NCBI GenBank assembly: GCA_045863335.1
Contig: BTVY01000006.1
Span: 96,001 to 160,000, forward strand
From: Candidatus Hydrogenedentota bacterium
GTDB lineage: Bacteria; Hydrogenedentota; Hydrogenedentia; Hydrogenedentales; SLHB01
Direction of reading: 5' to 3'
DNA: 64,000 bases
Part shown: one piece after another, positions 40,850 to 50,508 of the stretch
Layout of the letters: every line of letters begins with the position of its first letter
Position numbering within the stretch: position 1 is the first letter of the stretch
Notes under the pieces: generated by a model
Databases searched by the model: none
What the model saw: the letters and a program-made list of their open reading frames with translations, nothing else
Told to the model about the DNA's origin: nothing
Made by a program: the position numbers and the translations under genes

Positions 40850-41692
40850 CTAGTCTCCCTGGCGGAGCGGTTTCTCGCTCTCGACATCGAGGCAACCCCA
40901 CTCGAGATACTGCCGGCGCTCGAATCGCATGGCAATCGTCATGGTCACCATCAGCGCCAGTAGCAGAAACGCGCCGAGCCAGGGGCCTTGAGGGATCCCC
41001 TTTAGTGCGGCCAGAAGTATCGTGGCCGTACTGTCCGGTCCCGGCTGAGATTGAATGAAATCCGCAAACGTTGTGGACGCCAGGAGAAACAGCCCGATGG
41101 CCCCAATCCAAAGCAGGTTAGTAAAGCAGGCCTTGACCACGGCGGGCGTATTGCTCCAAGGGGCGAGAAGCTTGCGAATCCCAAATATGTCGGACAGCCA
41201 TAGCGTGACAAAGAGCGATGCCCACATCATGAGCAGAATGGCCGCGATCGTGAGAAGTCCATCACCCCAGTCCGTTCGGATAGGCCGGTTCTCCCCCGCC
41301 AAGAACAGCGCGAAGCGCGCCAGCCCGAACAAAAAGGGCGCGCCGACGATGAGTATGAGCACGATCTCGGTGGCAAAACGCGCGGACCCGCGCCAGCCGT
41401 ATACCCGCGCGAGGCCGTAGTCCTCCACTTGAAGACGAATCGGTAGCCGCACGTGTCCCAGGCGTTCGTACCACGGCACCGCGCGTTGAAGTTCCTCGCG
41501 CAGCGCATCCGGATCGCCCAATCGCGCCACGGCGCGCTGCTCCGCTTCTGCGTCCGATCGCGTACGAAACCGCTCCTCTTCGAAGGCGGTTTTCAGGTGT
41601 CCAAGCAATTCGTCACGCATCCGGTTCTTGCGCAAAACGCCCGCGCGTATCGGACGAACGATGCGCTCTACATGCACTCGGAGTTCCTTCAT
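40850..41692 (-). CDS. PadR-associated membrane protein (HAAS/permease-prefix-like N-terminus)
   Basis: RDELLGHL...AV.RLGDP..L followed by TM helices; coupled to padR. Confidence 0.75.
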   Translation of the reverse strand: MKELRVHVERIVRPIRAGVLRKNRMRDELLGHLKTAFEEERFRTRSDAEAEQRAVARLGDPDALREELQRAVPWYERLGHVRLPIRLQVEDYGLARVYGWRGSARFATEIVLILIVGAPFLFGLARFALFLAGENRPIRTDWGDGLLTIAAILLMMWASLFVTLWLSDIFGIRKLLAPWSNTPAVVKACFTNLLWIGAIGLFLLASTTFADFIQSQPGPDSTATILLAALKGIPQGPWLGAFLLLALMVTMTIAMRFERRQYLEWGCLDVESEKPLRQGD

Positions 41693-42033
41693 GCCGGTTC
41701 CTCCATAATTCGGCCCACCACACCCGCGAAGGCGCGCCAGGTTTCCCGTCTTCGCAATAGTTCGCGGCGGCCCTTTTCGGTCAAAGCATAGATTCGGCGC
41801 CGGGGACCCCTTCGCGGCGAGTCGTCACTCTCCCAGCGCGCTTGAACGAAGCCAGCCTCCTCCATGCGATAGAGGGCGGGGTACAGCGACCCCTCGCGAA
41901 GTTCGAGGGCGCCGTTTCCGAGGTCTTGAAGCCGCTTGAGGATGTCGTAGCCATGCCCTTCCCCCCTTTCCAGGACAGAAAGGACCATGCCCTCCAAATG
42001 ACCGCGCAACAGGTTTCCATGGATATCAGCCAC
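41689..42033 (-). CDS. PadR family transcriptional regulator
   Basis: HGYDI, EGSLYPALYRME..G, RRIYALTEKG. Confidence 0.93.
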   Translation of the reverse strand: MADIHGNLLRGHLEGMVLSVLERGEGHGYDILKRLQDLGNGALELREGSLYPALYRMEEAGFVQARWESDDSPRRGPRRRIYALTEKGRRELLRRRETWRAFAGVVGRIMEEPA

Positions 42034-42100
42034 GAGTACTATTTAGACAAACTATGTATCATTTTGTCAAGTAGAACTTCGCCGATTGGCTACTTGGATC

Positions 42101-42142
42101 TTGACTTTTGACGAAAAATAGCATACCATACCGTATGGTATG
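42101..42142 (+). promoter_or_regulatory. Promoter TTGACT-17-TACCAT with a perfect operator palindrome CATACCATAC-C-GTATGGTATG overlapping the tetR start
   Basis: Inverted repeat at 42122-42142; its last three bases are the ATG. Confidence 0.7.
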
Positions 42143-42682
42143 GAAACGATGACTGTTGATAAACGCGTCCCATGGTTGCAGGCCGGCCTCTTCCTCCTCG
42201 AAGAATCCGGGACCGCGAACATGACGATCGATGAACTGACCCAACGCGTCGGCCTGACCAAAGGATCGTTCTACCACCACTTCAAGGATCGCGGCGGGTA
42301 CGTTACGGCCCTCCTGGAGTATTGGGAAGAGCAGATGACGCACCGCCTCATCGAGCAGGCGGACCTTCAAGCGTCGAGCAAAGAGAAGCAGCGTCATCTC
42401 ACACAATTGACCCTGGCGCTTTACGACTCGCCGCTGGAGTTGAACCTGCGCGCTTGGGCCATGAGTTCGCCACTGGTCAAGAGCTACGTAGAACGGGTTG
42501 ACCAGGCGCGAGTGGAATACCTGAATCAGATTGCACTGGAGATCACCGGGGACGCGGAGCGCGCTCGCCAACTGGCCGAGATCGCATACGCCGTCTTCGT
42601 GGGGGGACAGCAGATCCTGCCGCAAATCCCGCGGGAGCGTCTGTTGGAATTGTACGGCGAATTGGATCGCCTGTATCGCTAA
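42140..42682 (+). CDS. TetR/AcrR family regulator
   Basis: TIDEL...VGLTKGSFYHHF HTH; LRAWA. Confidence 0.92.
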   Translation: METMTVDKRVPWLQAGLFLLEESGTANMTIDELTQRVGLTKGSFYHHFKDRGGYVTALLEYWEEQMTHRLIEQADLQASSKEKQRHLTQLTLALYDSPLELNLRAWAMSSPLVKSYVERVDQARVEYLNQIALEITGDAERARQLAEIAYAVFVGGQQILPQIPRERLLELYGELDRLYR

Positions 42683-42728
42683 ATCACGTTCTTTGGGGGA
42701 GTAGATTCGACCAGCGGACGGTTGGTCG

Positions 42729-42808
42729 AGGGACAGTCACCAGCGCCTTCAGATCCCAGCAGCACATGCCTAGGTGTCAAATCTCACACCACGCTGGTGA
42801 CTGTCCCT
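42729..42808. repeat. 80-bp element with perfect 17-bp terminal inverted repeats
   Basis: AGGGACAGTCACCAGCG / CGCTGGTGACTGTCCCT. Confidence 0.75.
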
Positions 42809-42834
42809 GGACCAGCCGCCTTGGGGGAGGCAGT

Positions 42835-44376
42835 GTGGAAAACCGTATCCTGCTCAGCGGGAACGAAGCGGTAGCCTATGCCGCGCTTCACGCGGGCCTG
42901 ACGCTTGGGACCGGCTATCCCGGCACGCCATCGTCAGAAATCCTGGAATGCTTGAGCGCCATCGGCGGGAAGGCGCAGTGGGCGCCGAATGAGAAAGTCG
43001 CCCTCGAAGTGGGCATCGGTGTCGCGTTTGCGCAAGGACGCGCCCTGGTCACCATGAAACACGTGGGACTCAACGTCGCCGCGGATCCCTTCTTTTCCGT
43101 GGCCTTTACGGGAGTGGATGGGGCCCTCGTCATCATATCCGCCGACGACCCGGGCATGTCATCGAGCCAGAATGAACAAGACAATCGCCGGTATGCGGCA
43201 GCTGCCGGCGTACCCATGCTGGAACCAAGCGACGCGCAGGAAGCCTATGACTTCACCTGGGAGGCATTGCGCCTATCCGCGCAGTCGCAGCTTCCGGTGC
43301 TGCTGCGCGTCACGACGCGCATCTGCCACTCTAAATCTCTCGTGCGGTTCCGCGCCGAGCGTTTTCCGGGACCGGACACCGATTTCCGGCGTGACATCCG
43401 GCGCCGGGTTATGATTCCGGCCCATGCCCGGCCCGCCCACAAGCGGTTGCGGCAACGGTTGCGCGACATTCAGGAGTTAAACGAATCGTCGCCTCTGAAC
43501 CGTGTCATCGACGGCGATTCAGCCCTGGGGGTTATCACTTCCGGAATCGCGTTCATGCATGTTCGGGAAGCGATCCCCACGACGAAAGTACTCAAGTTAG
43601 GCACGACCTACCCACTCCCGCTAAACACCATCCGAGCCTTTGTCGAATCGGTGGAACGCTGCGTCGTGGTAGAGGAAGGCGACCCCTATCTCGTCGAGAA
43701 TCTGAGAACGGCAGGAATTACCGTCGAGGATAAGCCGGAGCAATACCGGTTTGGAGAACTCACGGTAGAACGTGTGCGGCGCATCATTCGCGCGGATGAC
43801 GGTCCGGAGCCCGTCCACGCCGGGGGTAAACCGCCAGAACTCTGCGCGGGATGTCCGCACCGCATGTCCTTCAACGTGCTGGATCGGCTGAATTGCATCG
43901 TTTCCGGCGATATCGGGTGTTACACCTTAGGCGCCTTGTCGCCCTACGAAGCCATGGACACCCAACTTTGCATGGGCGCCAGCATCGGGATCGGATTGGG
44001 ACTGCGCCATGCCCTGCGCGACGAAGAAGCGCGGCGCGTCGTCAGCGTCATCGGCGATAGCACCTTCTTTCACTCCGGACTCACGGGCATCGCAGAGATG
44101 GTCTACAATCCCCCACGGACCGGACACGTGGTACTTATCCTCGATAATGGCACCACGGCCATGACGGGCTTGCAGGAGCACCCGGGAACGGGCCACGCGC
44201 TGAATCACGGGTCCGCAAAGCAGATCCTGCCGGAGGACGTGGTGCGGGCGATGGGGGTGGACCACGTGGAGGTGGTCGAATACGGGCGCGCGTTGGAGCA
44301 GGCGCTCGCGGCCGCCATGGCGAAAGACGAGCTTTCCGTAATCGTGATGCGGCAACCTTGCCGGTTAATGAAATAG
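42835..44376 (+). CDS. iorA: Indolepyruvate:ferredoxin oxidoreductase alpha (no C-terminal ferredoxin domain)
   Basis: GNEA, YPGTPSSE, MKHVGLNVAAD, SSQNEQD, CAGCPH, GDIGCY, GDSTFFHSG. Confidence 0.92.
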   Translation: MENRILLSGNEAVAYAALHAGLTLGTGYPGTPSSEILECLSAIGGKAQWAPNEKVALEVGIGVAFAQGRALVTMKHVGLNVAADPFFSVAFTGVDGALVIISADDPGMSSSQNEQDNRRYAAAAGVPMLEPSDAQEAYDFTWEALRLSAQSQLPVLLRVTTRICHSKSLVRFRAERFPGPDTDFRRDIRRRVMIPAHARPAHKRLRQRLRDIQELNESSPLNRVIDGDSALGVITSGIAFMHVREAIPTTKVLKLGTTYPLPLNTIRAFVESVERCVVVEEGDPYLVENLRTAGITVEDKPEQYRFGELTVERVRRIIRADDGPEPVHAGGKPPELCAGCPHRMSFNVLDRLNCIVSGDIGCYTLGALSPYEAMDTQLCMGASIGIGLGLRHALRDEEARRVVSVIGDSTFFHSGLTGIAEMVYNPPRTGHVVLILDNGTTAMTGLQEHPGTGHALNHGSAKQILPEDVVRAMGVDHVEVVEYGRALEQALAAAMAKDELSVIVMRQPCRLMK

Positions 44377-44385
44377 GGATCGCGT

Positions 44386-44892
44386 ATGAACTCAGTCACC
44401 AACGTGGTCATCGCAGGGTTGGGGGGAATGGGCGTCATCAAGGCGTCCGACATCCTTGCCGCCTGCGCGTTTCGCGCCGGCCACGACGTAAAGAAGAGCG
44501 AGATTCACGGCATGAGCCAGCGCGGCGGTTCGGTCACCAGCGATATCCGGTACGGGCAGCAAGTGTTCAGCCCCATGGTGCCCGAGGGCGAAGCGGATTT
44601 CCTGGTCGCATTGGACGAGAGCCAGGTCGAGCATAACCGCTACGCCTTGCGCCCCAAGGGAATCCTCATCACGCCCCACCCGCTCGCCGTCATCCACGGT
44701 CCCATGAACGAGCTGGACGACCGCGACCTGCCGCTGACGTCCCGCAACTTCAATGTGGCGATTCTCGGCATGCTGAGCGTTCACCTCGATTTCGAGCCGG
44801 ATCATTGGGAGGGGGCGATCGCCGCGCACGTCCCTCGGCATACCCAGGCGCAGAACCTCGAAGTTTTTCGACTGGGACGCCGTTTCGCATGA
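44386..44892 (+). CDS. iorB: Indolepyruvate:ferredoxin oxidoreductase beta
   Basis: GLGGMG, SEIHGMSQRGGSV. Confidence 0.92.
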   Translation: MNSVTNVVIAGLGGMGVIKASDILAACAFRAGHDVKKSEIHGMSQRGGSVTSDIRYGQQVFSPMVPEGEADFLVALDESQVEHNRYALRPKGILITPHPLAVIHGPMNELDDRDLPLTSRNFNVAILGMLSVHLDFEPDHWEGAIAAHVPRHTQAQNLEVFRLGRRFA

Positions 44893-44930
44893 TATGGTAT
44901 TGAGCGGATAGAGACCGGGTTGGGGGGCCC

Positions 44931-46292
44931 ATGACGATGAAGACCTTGACGATGGAAGCGGCGCAGCGATTTCACCCGCTGAGCGGGCCGGATTTTCTTG
45001 CCGCGGAACAACTGCGAGCGCTTCAATTGGACCGGCTGCGCGCGACGGTAGCCCGCGCCTACGAGCACGTCGATCTCTTTCGAAGCAGGATGCAGGAGCG
45101 CGGGCTGAACCCGAACGACCTTACGGAACTCGGCGACATTGCACGACTGCCGCTCTACGTCAAAAACGATCTGCGCGACACCTATCCCTTCGGTCTCTTT
45201 GCCAGTCCCATGGAGGAGATCGTGCGGCTTCACGCGTCGAGTGGTACCACGGGAAAACCCATCGTGGTCGGGTACACGCGCGAGGACGTGGAGGTCTGGT
45301 CGAACGTCATGGTCCGCGCATTCGCGGCATACGGTCTGCATCACGGCGATGTCATTCAAAACTCCTACGGCTACGGGCTCTTCACGGGTGGCCTTGGCGC
45401 CCATTACGGCGCGGAAGCGCTTGGCGCCACCGTGATTCCGACTTCCGGGGGCAATACGGATCGTCAGTTGACCGTGCTGCGCGACTTCAACGTTACCGCC
45501 ATCTGCTGCACGCCGAGCTACTTCCTCCGTCTCATCGAGCGCGCCGGCGAGTTGGGGATCGACATGCACACCCTGCCGTTGAAGGTCGGCGTGTTCGGCG
45601 CCGAGCCTTGGACGGAAGGCATGCGCCAACGCATCGAGGCGGAGTCCGGGATCAAGGCATACGATATCTACGGACTATCCGAAATCATCGGCCCTGGCGT
45701 CGGTGCGGAATGCTATTGCCAAGACGGCTTGCACATCTTTGAAGATTTCTTCTACCCCGAGATACTCGATCCCGAAACACTCGAACCCCTGCCGGACGGC
45801 GAAGAAGGCGAACTCGTGTTGACCACCCTCAGCAAGCGGGCGATGCCGATGATCCGCTATCGGACCCGCGACATCACGGCCATTCATCCCGAACCGTGCC
45901 CCTGCGGCCGCACGATTCGTCGCATCCGGCGCATCAGCCGGCGCAGCGATGACATGCTCATCATCCGGGGCGTAAACGTGTTCCCCTCGCAGATCGAAAC
46001 GGCCTTGCTCGCCGTGGAAGGCACCCTGCCCCATTACCAGATCGTGCTCACCAATGACGGCGCACTGGACCAGATGGAGGTGCAGGTGGAAGTCACGCCG
46101 GAAGTCTTCAGCGATACCATCGGCGCGCTCGAATCGCTTCAGGACCGCCTGGCGAACGCCATCGAGCATACGACCGGGCTGCGGGCGCCGGTGCGGCTCG
46201 TCCAACCCAGCACCATCGCGCGCAGCGAGGGTAAGGCGAAGCGCGTCCTGGATCAGCGTCAACGCCCGCAACAGGAGCAACAATCCTCATGA
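44931..46292 (+). CDS. paaK: Phenylacetate-CoA ligase
   Basis: HASSGTTGKP, YGLFTGGLG, YGLSE, RYRTRD, GVNVFPSQIE. Confidence 0.92.
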   Translation: MTMKTLTMEAAQRFHPLSGPDFLAAEQLRALQLDRLRATVARAYEHVDLFRSRMQERGLNPNDLTELGDIARLPLYVKNDLRDTYPFGLFASPMEEIVRLHASSGTTGKPIVVGYTREDVEVWSNVMVRAFAAYGLHHGDVIQNSYGYGLFTGGLGAHYGAEALGATVIPTSGGNTDRQLTVLRDFNVTAICCTPSYFLRLIERAGELGIDMHTLPLKVGVFGAEPWTEGMRQRIEAESGIKAYDIYGLSEIIGPGVGAECYCQDGLHIFEDFFYPEILDPETLEPLPDGEEGELVLTTLSKRAMPMIRYRTRDITAIHPEPCPCGRTIRRIRRISRRSDDMLIIRGVNVFPSQIETALLAVEGTLPHYQIVLTNDGALDQMEVQVEVTPEVFSDTIGALESLQDRLANAIEHTTGLRAPVRLVQPSTIARSEGKAKRVLDQRQRPQQEQQSS

Positions 46293-46735
46293 AGATCCAT
46301 CAGATTTCCATCTTCATTGAAAACAAACCCGGAAGCCTCAAAGCCCCATGCCGGGCGCTGGCCGACGCGGGTATCAACATTCTGACCTTGTCCGTGGCTG
46401 ACACGCGTGACTACGGTATCGTCCACTTCATCGTGGACGACTGGCGCCGGGCCAAAGACGTGTTGGAGAACGACGGGCTTGTTGTAAATGTCGCCGAAGT
46501 CGTTGCGCTCGAAGTGGACGACCGGCCCGGCGGCCTCGCCGACATGCTGTCCGTCATCGAAGAAGGCGGGTTGAGCATCGAGTACATGTACGCCTTCACA
46601 TTCGGCGCCGGCGGCAAGGCGGTTCTCGTGTTCCGGTTCAAGGACCCCGATCCCGCAATCGCCCACCTCAGCCGTGCCGGCATCTCCCTCTTCGATATAC
46701 CGGCATTGATGGCGCGCTGTGTTGGCGGCGACTGA
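46289..46735 (+). CDS. ACT-domain protein
   Basis: QISIFIENKPG, DRPGGL, IEYMYAF. Confidence 0.92.
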   Translation: MKIHQISIFIENKPGSLKAPCRALADAGINILTLSVADTRDYGIVHFIVDDWRRAKDVLENDGLVVNVAEVVALEVDDRPGGLADMLSVIEEGGLSIEYMYAFTFGAGGKAVLVFRFKDPDPAIAHLSRAGISLFDIPALMARCVGGD

Positions 46736-46865
46736 CCGTTCCTGAATGCTGGGCCACCGAATCCGAGGCGGATACACCCGCTTTTGAATTGCGGGCTGAT
46801 CGTGCATACTCACGGTATCGACGCAGGCACGAGCACATCAACTTCAATCCCGGTAGCCATTCGCA

Positions 46866-47240
46866 ATGCGCAACAAGTTTCTCGGTACCGGATCGCCCGG
46901 CTTTCACCCCCTGCGTAAGCTCCGGGTGTGCCTGACGGGCCTCCGGTACGCCGTTCTCTACGATTTCAGCGTCACCTACAAGGTCGTTCTCTCCGCCGCC
47001 GTTCTCGCCGTGTGCCTGTATTACCACCAACGCGTGGACTTCCTTCTGGTGTTTGCCGCAACCGGACTCATGCTGATGGGCGAGATGTTCAATACCGCCG
47101 TCGAAGCCCTCTGCGATTTCGTCGAAGCCAAAGAGAACGAGAAGATCGGCATCATCAAGGACATTGCCGCGGCCGCCGCCGGGATTGGGATCCTGGTATG
47201 GGCCGTAGTCGTCGTGGCCGAGGTCTATCGGATATTCTAG
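46866..47240 (+). CDS. dgkA: Diacylglycerol kinase (DgkA family)
   Basis: EMFNTAVEALCD, KDIAAAA. Confidence 0.85.
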   Translation: MRNKFLGTGSPGFHPLRKLRVCLTGLRYAVLYDFSVTYKVVLSAAVLAVCLYYHQRVDFLLVFAATGLMLMGEMFNTAVEALCDFVEAKENEKIGIIKDIAAAAAGIGILVWAVVVVAEVYRIF

Positions 47241-47318
47241 CTATCGCCCGGCAACAACACCGGGAATGCGCGCCGATGCCCAAAACAAAGTTTGTGGTGC
47301 ATGTAGGAGGCCGGGACC

Positions 47319-48785
47319 GTGAAGTGGACGCCAATCATCGCAGCGCTTGCGCTCGCACCGCTCTGCGGATGGACGCAGGAAACTGTGGGGACACCCGGCT
47401 CTGACCGCTCCATTATCTACCAACCAGCCGATGGCATACCGGGTACGGCCCCGGAAGAGGCGTGGCCGGTTGCCGCATCGCCCGGGCCTCATGTCCTGAT
47501 CGACGACTACTTGATTGCCAAGAGCGATGGGGTGGAACGTGTGGTCATTCAGCCCCGGCGCGAAGCGTCGATTCCAAATCCCATCGTCAACGCGGCGGAC
47601 GACCATAACTTTCAACCCTATCTGACCGTAGTGTGCAATCCCGATACCGGCCGCTATCGAATCTGGTACGGCGCTTTCCTGGAAGACCGAGCCACCGGAC
47701 GTTCGCAACTCTGCACCATGGAATCCGAGGACGGCATCCACTTCGAACGGCCCCACACGGTGTGCCAGACGCCCGAGATTCAGTTCGGGTCCGAGGTTAT
47801 TGACCGCGGCGCGGACTTCCCCGATCCCGCGTCGCGCTACGTGTACAGTTACTATCTCGAAAGCGGTCTGCGCATCCTTCAATCGAGCGATGGAATTGTG
47901 TGGACGCCTTTGGTCGACGCGGTCGTGCTGGACCATAACCACGACATAAACGGCATCGACTGGGATCCTCTGCGGAACCGCTACATGGCCACCGTCTCGA
48001 CCTATACGGAAGGCGCGAACTGGTCCGGCAAACGGCGCACGACGATGATGAGTGTGAGCGACGATCTGATTCACTGGGAAGATCCGTGGTACATCGTGAC
48101 CGCCAGCGACGAATTGGATGAAGGCGAGACTCAGTTCTATGCCATGGAGGGATATCTCAACCGCGGTCCCCTGCGCATCGGCATGGTCAAAATCTTGCGC
48201 GACGACCTGCGCGCCACCGGTACTGCGGAAGGCAGCTTTGGCCGCGCCCATACTTCCCTGGCCTGGAGCCGCGACGGCCGCACCTGGGTGCGGGACCGTG
48301 AGAAATTCTTCGAGCCCGACGACGACCCCGCCGCGTGGGACCACGCCCACGCCTGGATCGATGAACAACTCATCGTCGGCGACCAGGTTTATCTCTACTA
48401 CGGCGGCTACAAGCAGGGACACAAGATGAACCGCTTCGAGGAGCGGCAGATCGGCTTGGTCCGAATGCCGCTGGATCGCTACGTCGCGCGACGTGCCTCA
48501 GGCGCGACGACGGGAACCCTGCGCACCGTACCGTTCCGCCTCTCGGAAAGGAACCAGACCCTGACCGTCAATGCGAACATACGCGGGGCGGTCCGTGTCG
48601 CGTTGCGCGACGGAACCACGGGGGATATCGTACCGGGATTCGGATTGGACGAGTGCGAACCGCTGACGGGAGACCAACTTCGCCACGTGGTACGCTGGGG
48701 GAATGACGCGCTGCCGACGGATAAACCGCTGAGTGTGGAATTCGAAATGGAGGACGCGGACCTGTTCGCGTTTACATTCGAGTAA
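47319..48785 (+). CDS. Secreted beta-propeller glycosidase-like protein
   Basis: Signal peptide; Asp-box-like repeats SEDGIHF, SSDGIVW, SDDLIHW, SRDGRTW. Confidence 0.65.
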   Translation: MKWTPIIAALALAPLCGWTQETVGTPGSDRSIIYQPADGIPGTAPEEAWPVAASPGPHVLIDDYLIAKSDGVERVVIQPRREASIPNPIVNAADDHNFQPYLTVVCNPDTGRYRIWYGAFLEDRATGRSQLCTMESEDGIHFERPHTVCQTPEIQFGSEVIDRGADFPDPASRYVYSYYLESGLRILQSSDGIVWTPLVDAVVLDHNHDINGIDWDPLRNRYMATVSTYTEGANWSGKRRTTMMSVSDDLIHWEDPWYIVTASDELDEGETQFYAMEGYLNRGPLRIGMVKILRDDLRATGTAEGSFGRAHTSLAWSRDGRTWVRDREKFFEPDDDPAAWDHAHAWIDEQLIVGDQVYLYYGGYKQGHKMNRFEERQIGLVRMPLDRYVARRASGATTGTLRTVPFRLSERNQTLTVNANIRGAVRVALRDGTTGDIVPGFGLDECEPLTGDQLRHVVRWGNDALPTDKPLSVEFEMEDADLFAFTFE

Positions 48786-48835
48786 CGGCATCGTGCTCCA
48801 CGATAAGAGCATGCCATTTTGAAGGGGGACAGAAG

Positions 48836-49837
48836 ATGGGCCGTCTACGATTCTATACAGTCGCGCTCCTGTTCGTCATGGTAACTACACCCGCTGCCGT
48901 CCACGCGCAGGCAACCCACGACGAGATTCGTGCAAAAGAACTTTCGGACCTGCGTTTCGGCATGTTTATCTGCTGGTCGTTCAGCACGTTCTCGGGCGAG
49001 GAATGGACGCGCGGTGTCGAAGACGTCGGCTTCTTCAAGGCTACCGGCTGCGACACGGACCAGTGGTGCGAGACGGCAAAAGCCGCCGAAATGAACTACA
49101 TCCTCTTTCTCACAAAACACCACGATGGTTTCTGCCTGTGGGACACAAAAACCACGGAGTTGAAGGTCACCAACAGCCCTCTCGGGATCGATGTTCTCGC
49201 GAAGCTGCGGCAGTCCTGCGACAAATACGGTCTCAAGCTCGCGCTCTACTTCTCCGAAGGCGACTGGACCTGGCCGGATATGAAGAATCCGGAGTTGAAG
49301 AAGGCACGACTCGAGGAGTTGTGCACGCAATACGGCCCGATTGAATTCTTCTGGATGGACCACGCCCAGGATGACGGCGGACTCGATCACGAAGCCACGG
49401 CGGAATGGGTGCGTAAGTTCCAGCCCAACTGCTTCGTCGGCTTCAATCACGGCCAAGCCGCCGGTCGCCTCGCGTTGCGCGAACGTGGACAGCCGGGTCC
49501 CATCGGCGATGTGAACGCGTCGAAATACAACAAGGACGGTGAATCGAACTACACAGGCTATCTCGTCGCCGAATTCACGTACCCGATACTGCCCGAACAC
49601 GAAGGCGGCGCGCAGTGGTTCTATTCGCTGCCGAAACATGACTCGCTTTGTCTTCCGGCCGACACGATCTTCAATGACTATCTGGGAGCGGCGAAATATG
49701 GCAACCTGTTCTCCCTCGATGTCGGCCCCGACTACTCGGGCCGCCTGCGCGAGATCGATGTGACGACGCTTCAGCGAGTAGGCGAGATGATTCGCGAGTG
49801 GAAGGCAAGTGCGACTCCCGATGCCGAAGGATCCTGA
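48836..49837 (+). CDS. Alpha-L-fucosidase (GH29)
   Basis: RFGMFICW, TKHHDGFCLW, FFWMD. Confidence 0.85.
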   Translation: MGRLRFYTVALLFVMVTTPAAVHAQATHDEIRAKELSDLRFGMFICWSFSTFSGEEWTRGVEDVGFFKATGCDTDQWCETAKAAEMNYILFLTKHHDGFCLWDTKTTELKVTNSPLGIDVLAKLRQSCDKYGLKLALYFSEGDWTWPDMKNPELKKARLEELCTQYGPIEFFWMDHAQDDGGLDHEATAEWVRKFQPNCFVGFNHGQAAGRLALRERGQPGPIGDVNASKYNKDGESNYTGYLVAEFTYPILPEHEGGAQWFYSLPKHDSLCLPADTIFNDYLGAAKYGNLFSLDVGPDYSGRLREIDVTTLQRVGEMIREWKASATPDAEGS

Positions 49838-49856
49838 TCGGTTTCGAGCAGATCAC

Positions 49857-49963
49857 ACCCAACCGGTCGCTCATGACGGCTACTCCAATTGCAGCCCAGA
49901 AGCGCGCCGATTTCTTTGCCGAGTCCGTTTGTGAAAACGCTATGCCTTCCAAGAACGTTCGGC
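49857..49963 (-). other. Degenerate attC-like site downstream of the CPBP gene
   Basis: Minus strand GCCGAAC ... GTTGGGT ends with an imperfect inner inverted repeat. Confidence 0.3.
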
Positions 49964-49975
49964 CGTTCCTCATCG

Positions 49976-50473
49976 CTATCGGGACACGTGCATCGCCAGA
50001 GCTATACCTGGCAGCAGATTCTGGAGCGCGTGAATACAAAACGCCACCCAGATCGCCTTTATCCAGGACTTCTGACGCCACGTAAGGTACGCGCACGAGA
50101 ATACGACAAAGGGCCAGAACACCACCAGACCCCACGTGGGCAACATGAGAGAATGGAGACACGCCCAAAGCAGGGCCGACACGACTGCAATCATTGCGCG
50201 GACGTGGGTGAACCAGGAAATCAACCAGATGCCGAAGGACAATAGCAGCGTTTCCAGAAACGGGCCGACGAGAACGACCAACAGAAAGAACATCCAAGCC
50301 TGGGTTGCGGTCGCGCCACTTGCCTCAAAACCCGGCGGGCTGTTCTGATTTCCCAGTCCGAGAGCGGCAACCATTGCCGAAATGAGGATGGAAGGAATCA
50401 GGCTGATCAATGCCATGCAAACAATGTACTTTCGCATGGGGAACGGACTTGGCGTTATGAAAAGGCTCTGCAT
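49976..50473 (-). CDS. CPBP (Abi/CAAX) family intramembrane metalloprotease
   Basis: GPFLET, SALLWACLH, IHALQN. Confidence 0.8.
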   Translation of the reverse strand: MQSLFITPSPFPMRKYIVCMALISLIPSILISAMVAALGLGNQNSPPGFEASGATATQAWMFFLLVVLVGPFLETLLLSFGIWLISWFTHVRAMIAVVSALLWACLHSLMLPTWGLVVFWPFVVFSCAYLTWRQKSWIKAIWVAFCIHALQNLLPGIALAMHVSR

Positions 50474-50508
50474 GGTCTTATTATCGATTCTTCATTCCAC
50501 CCTTAACG

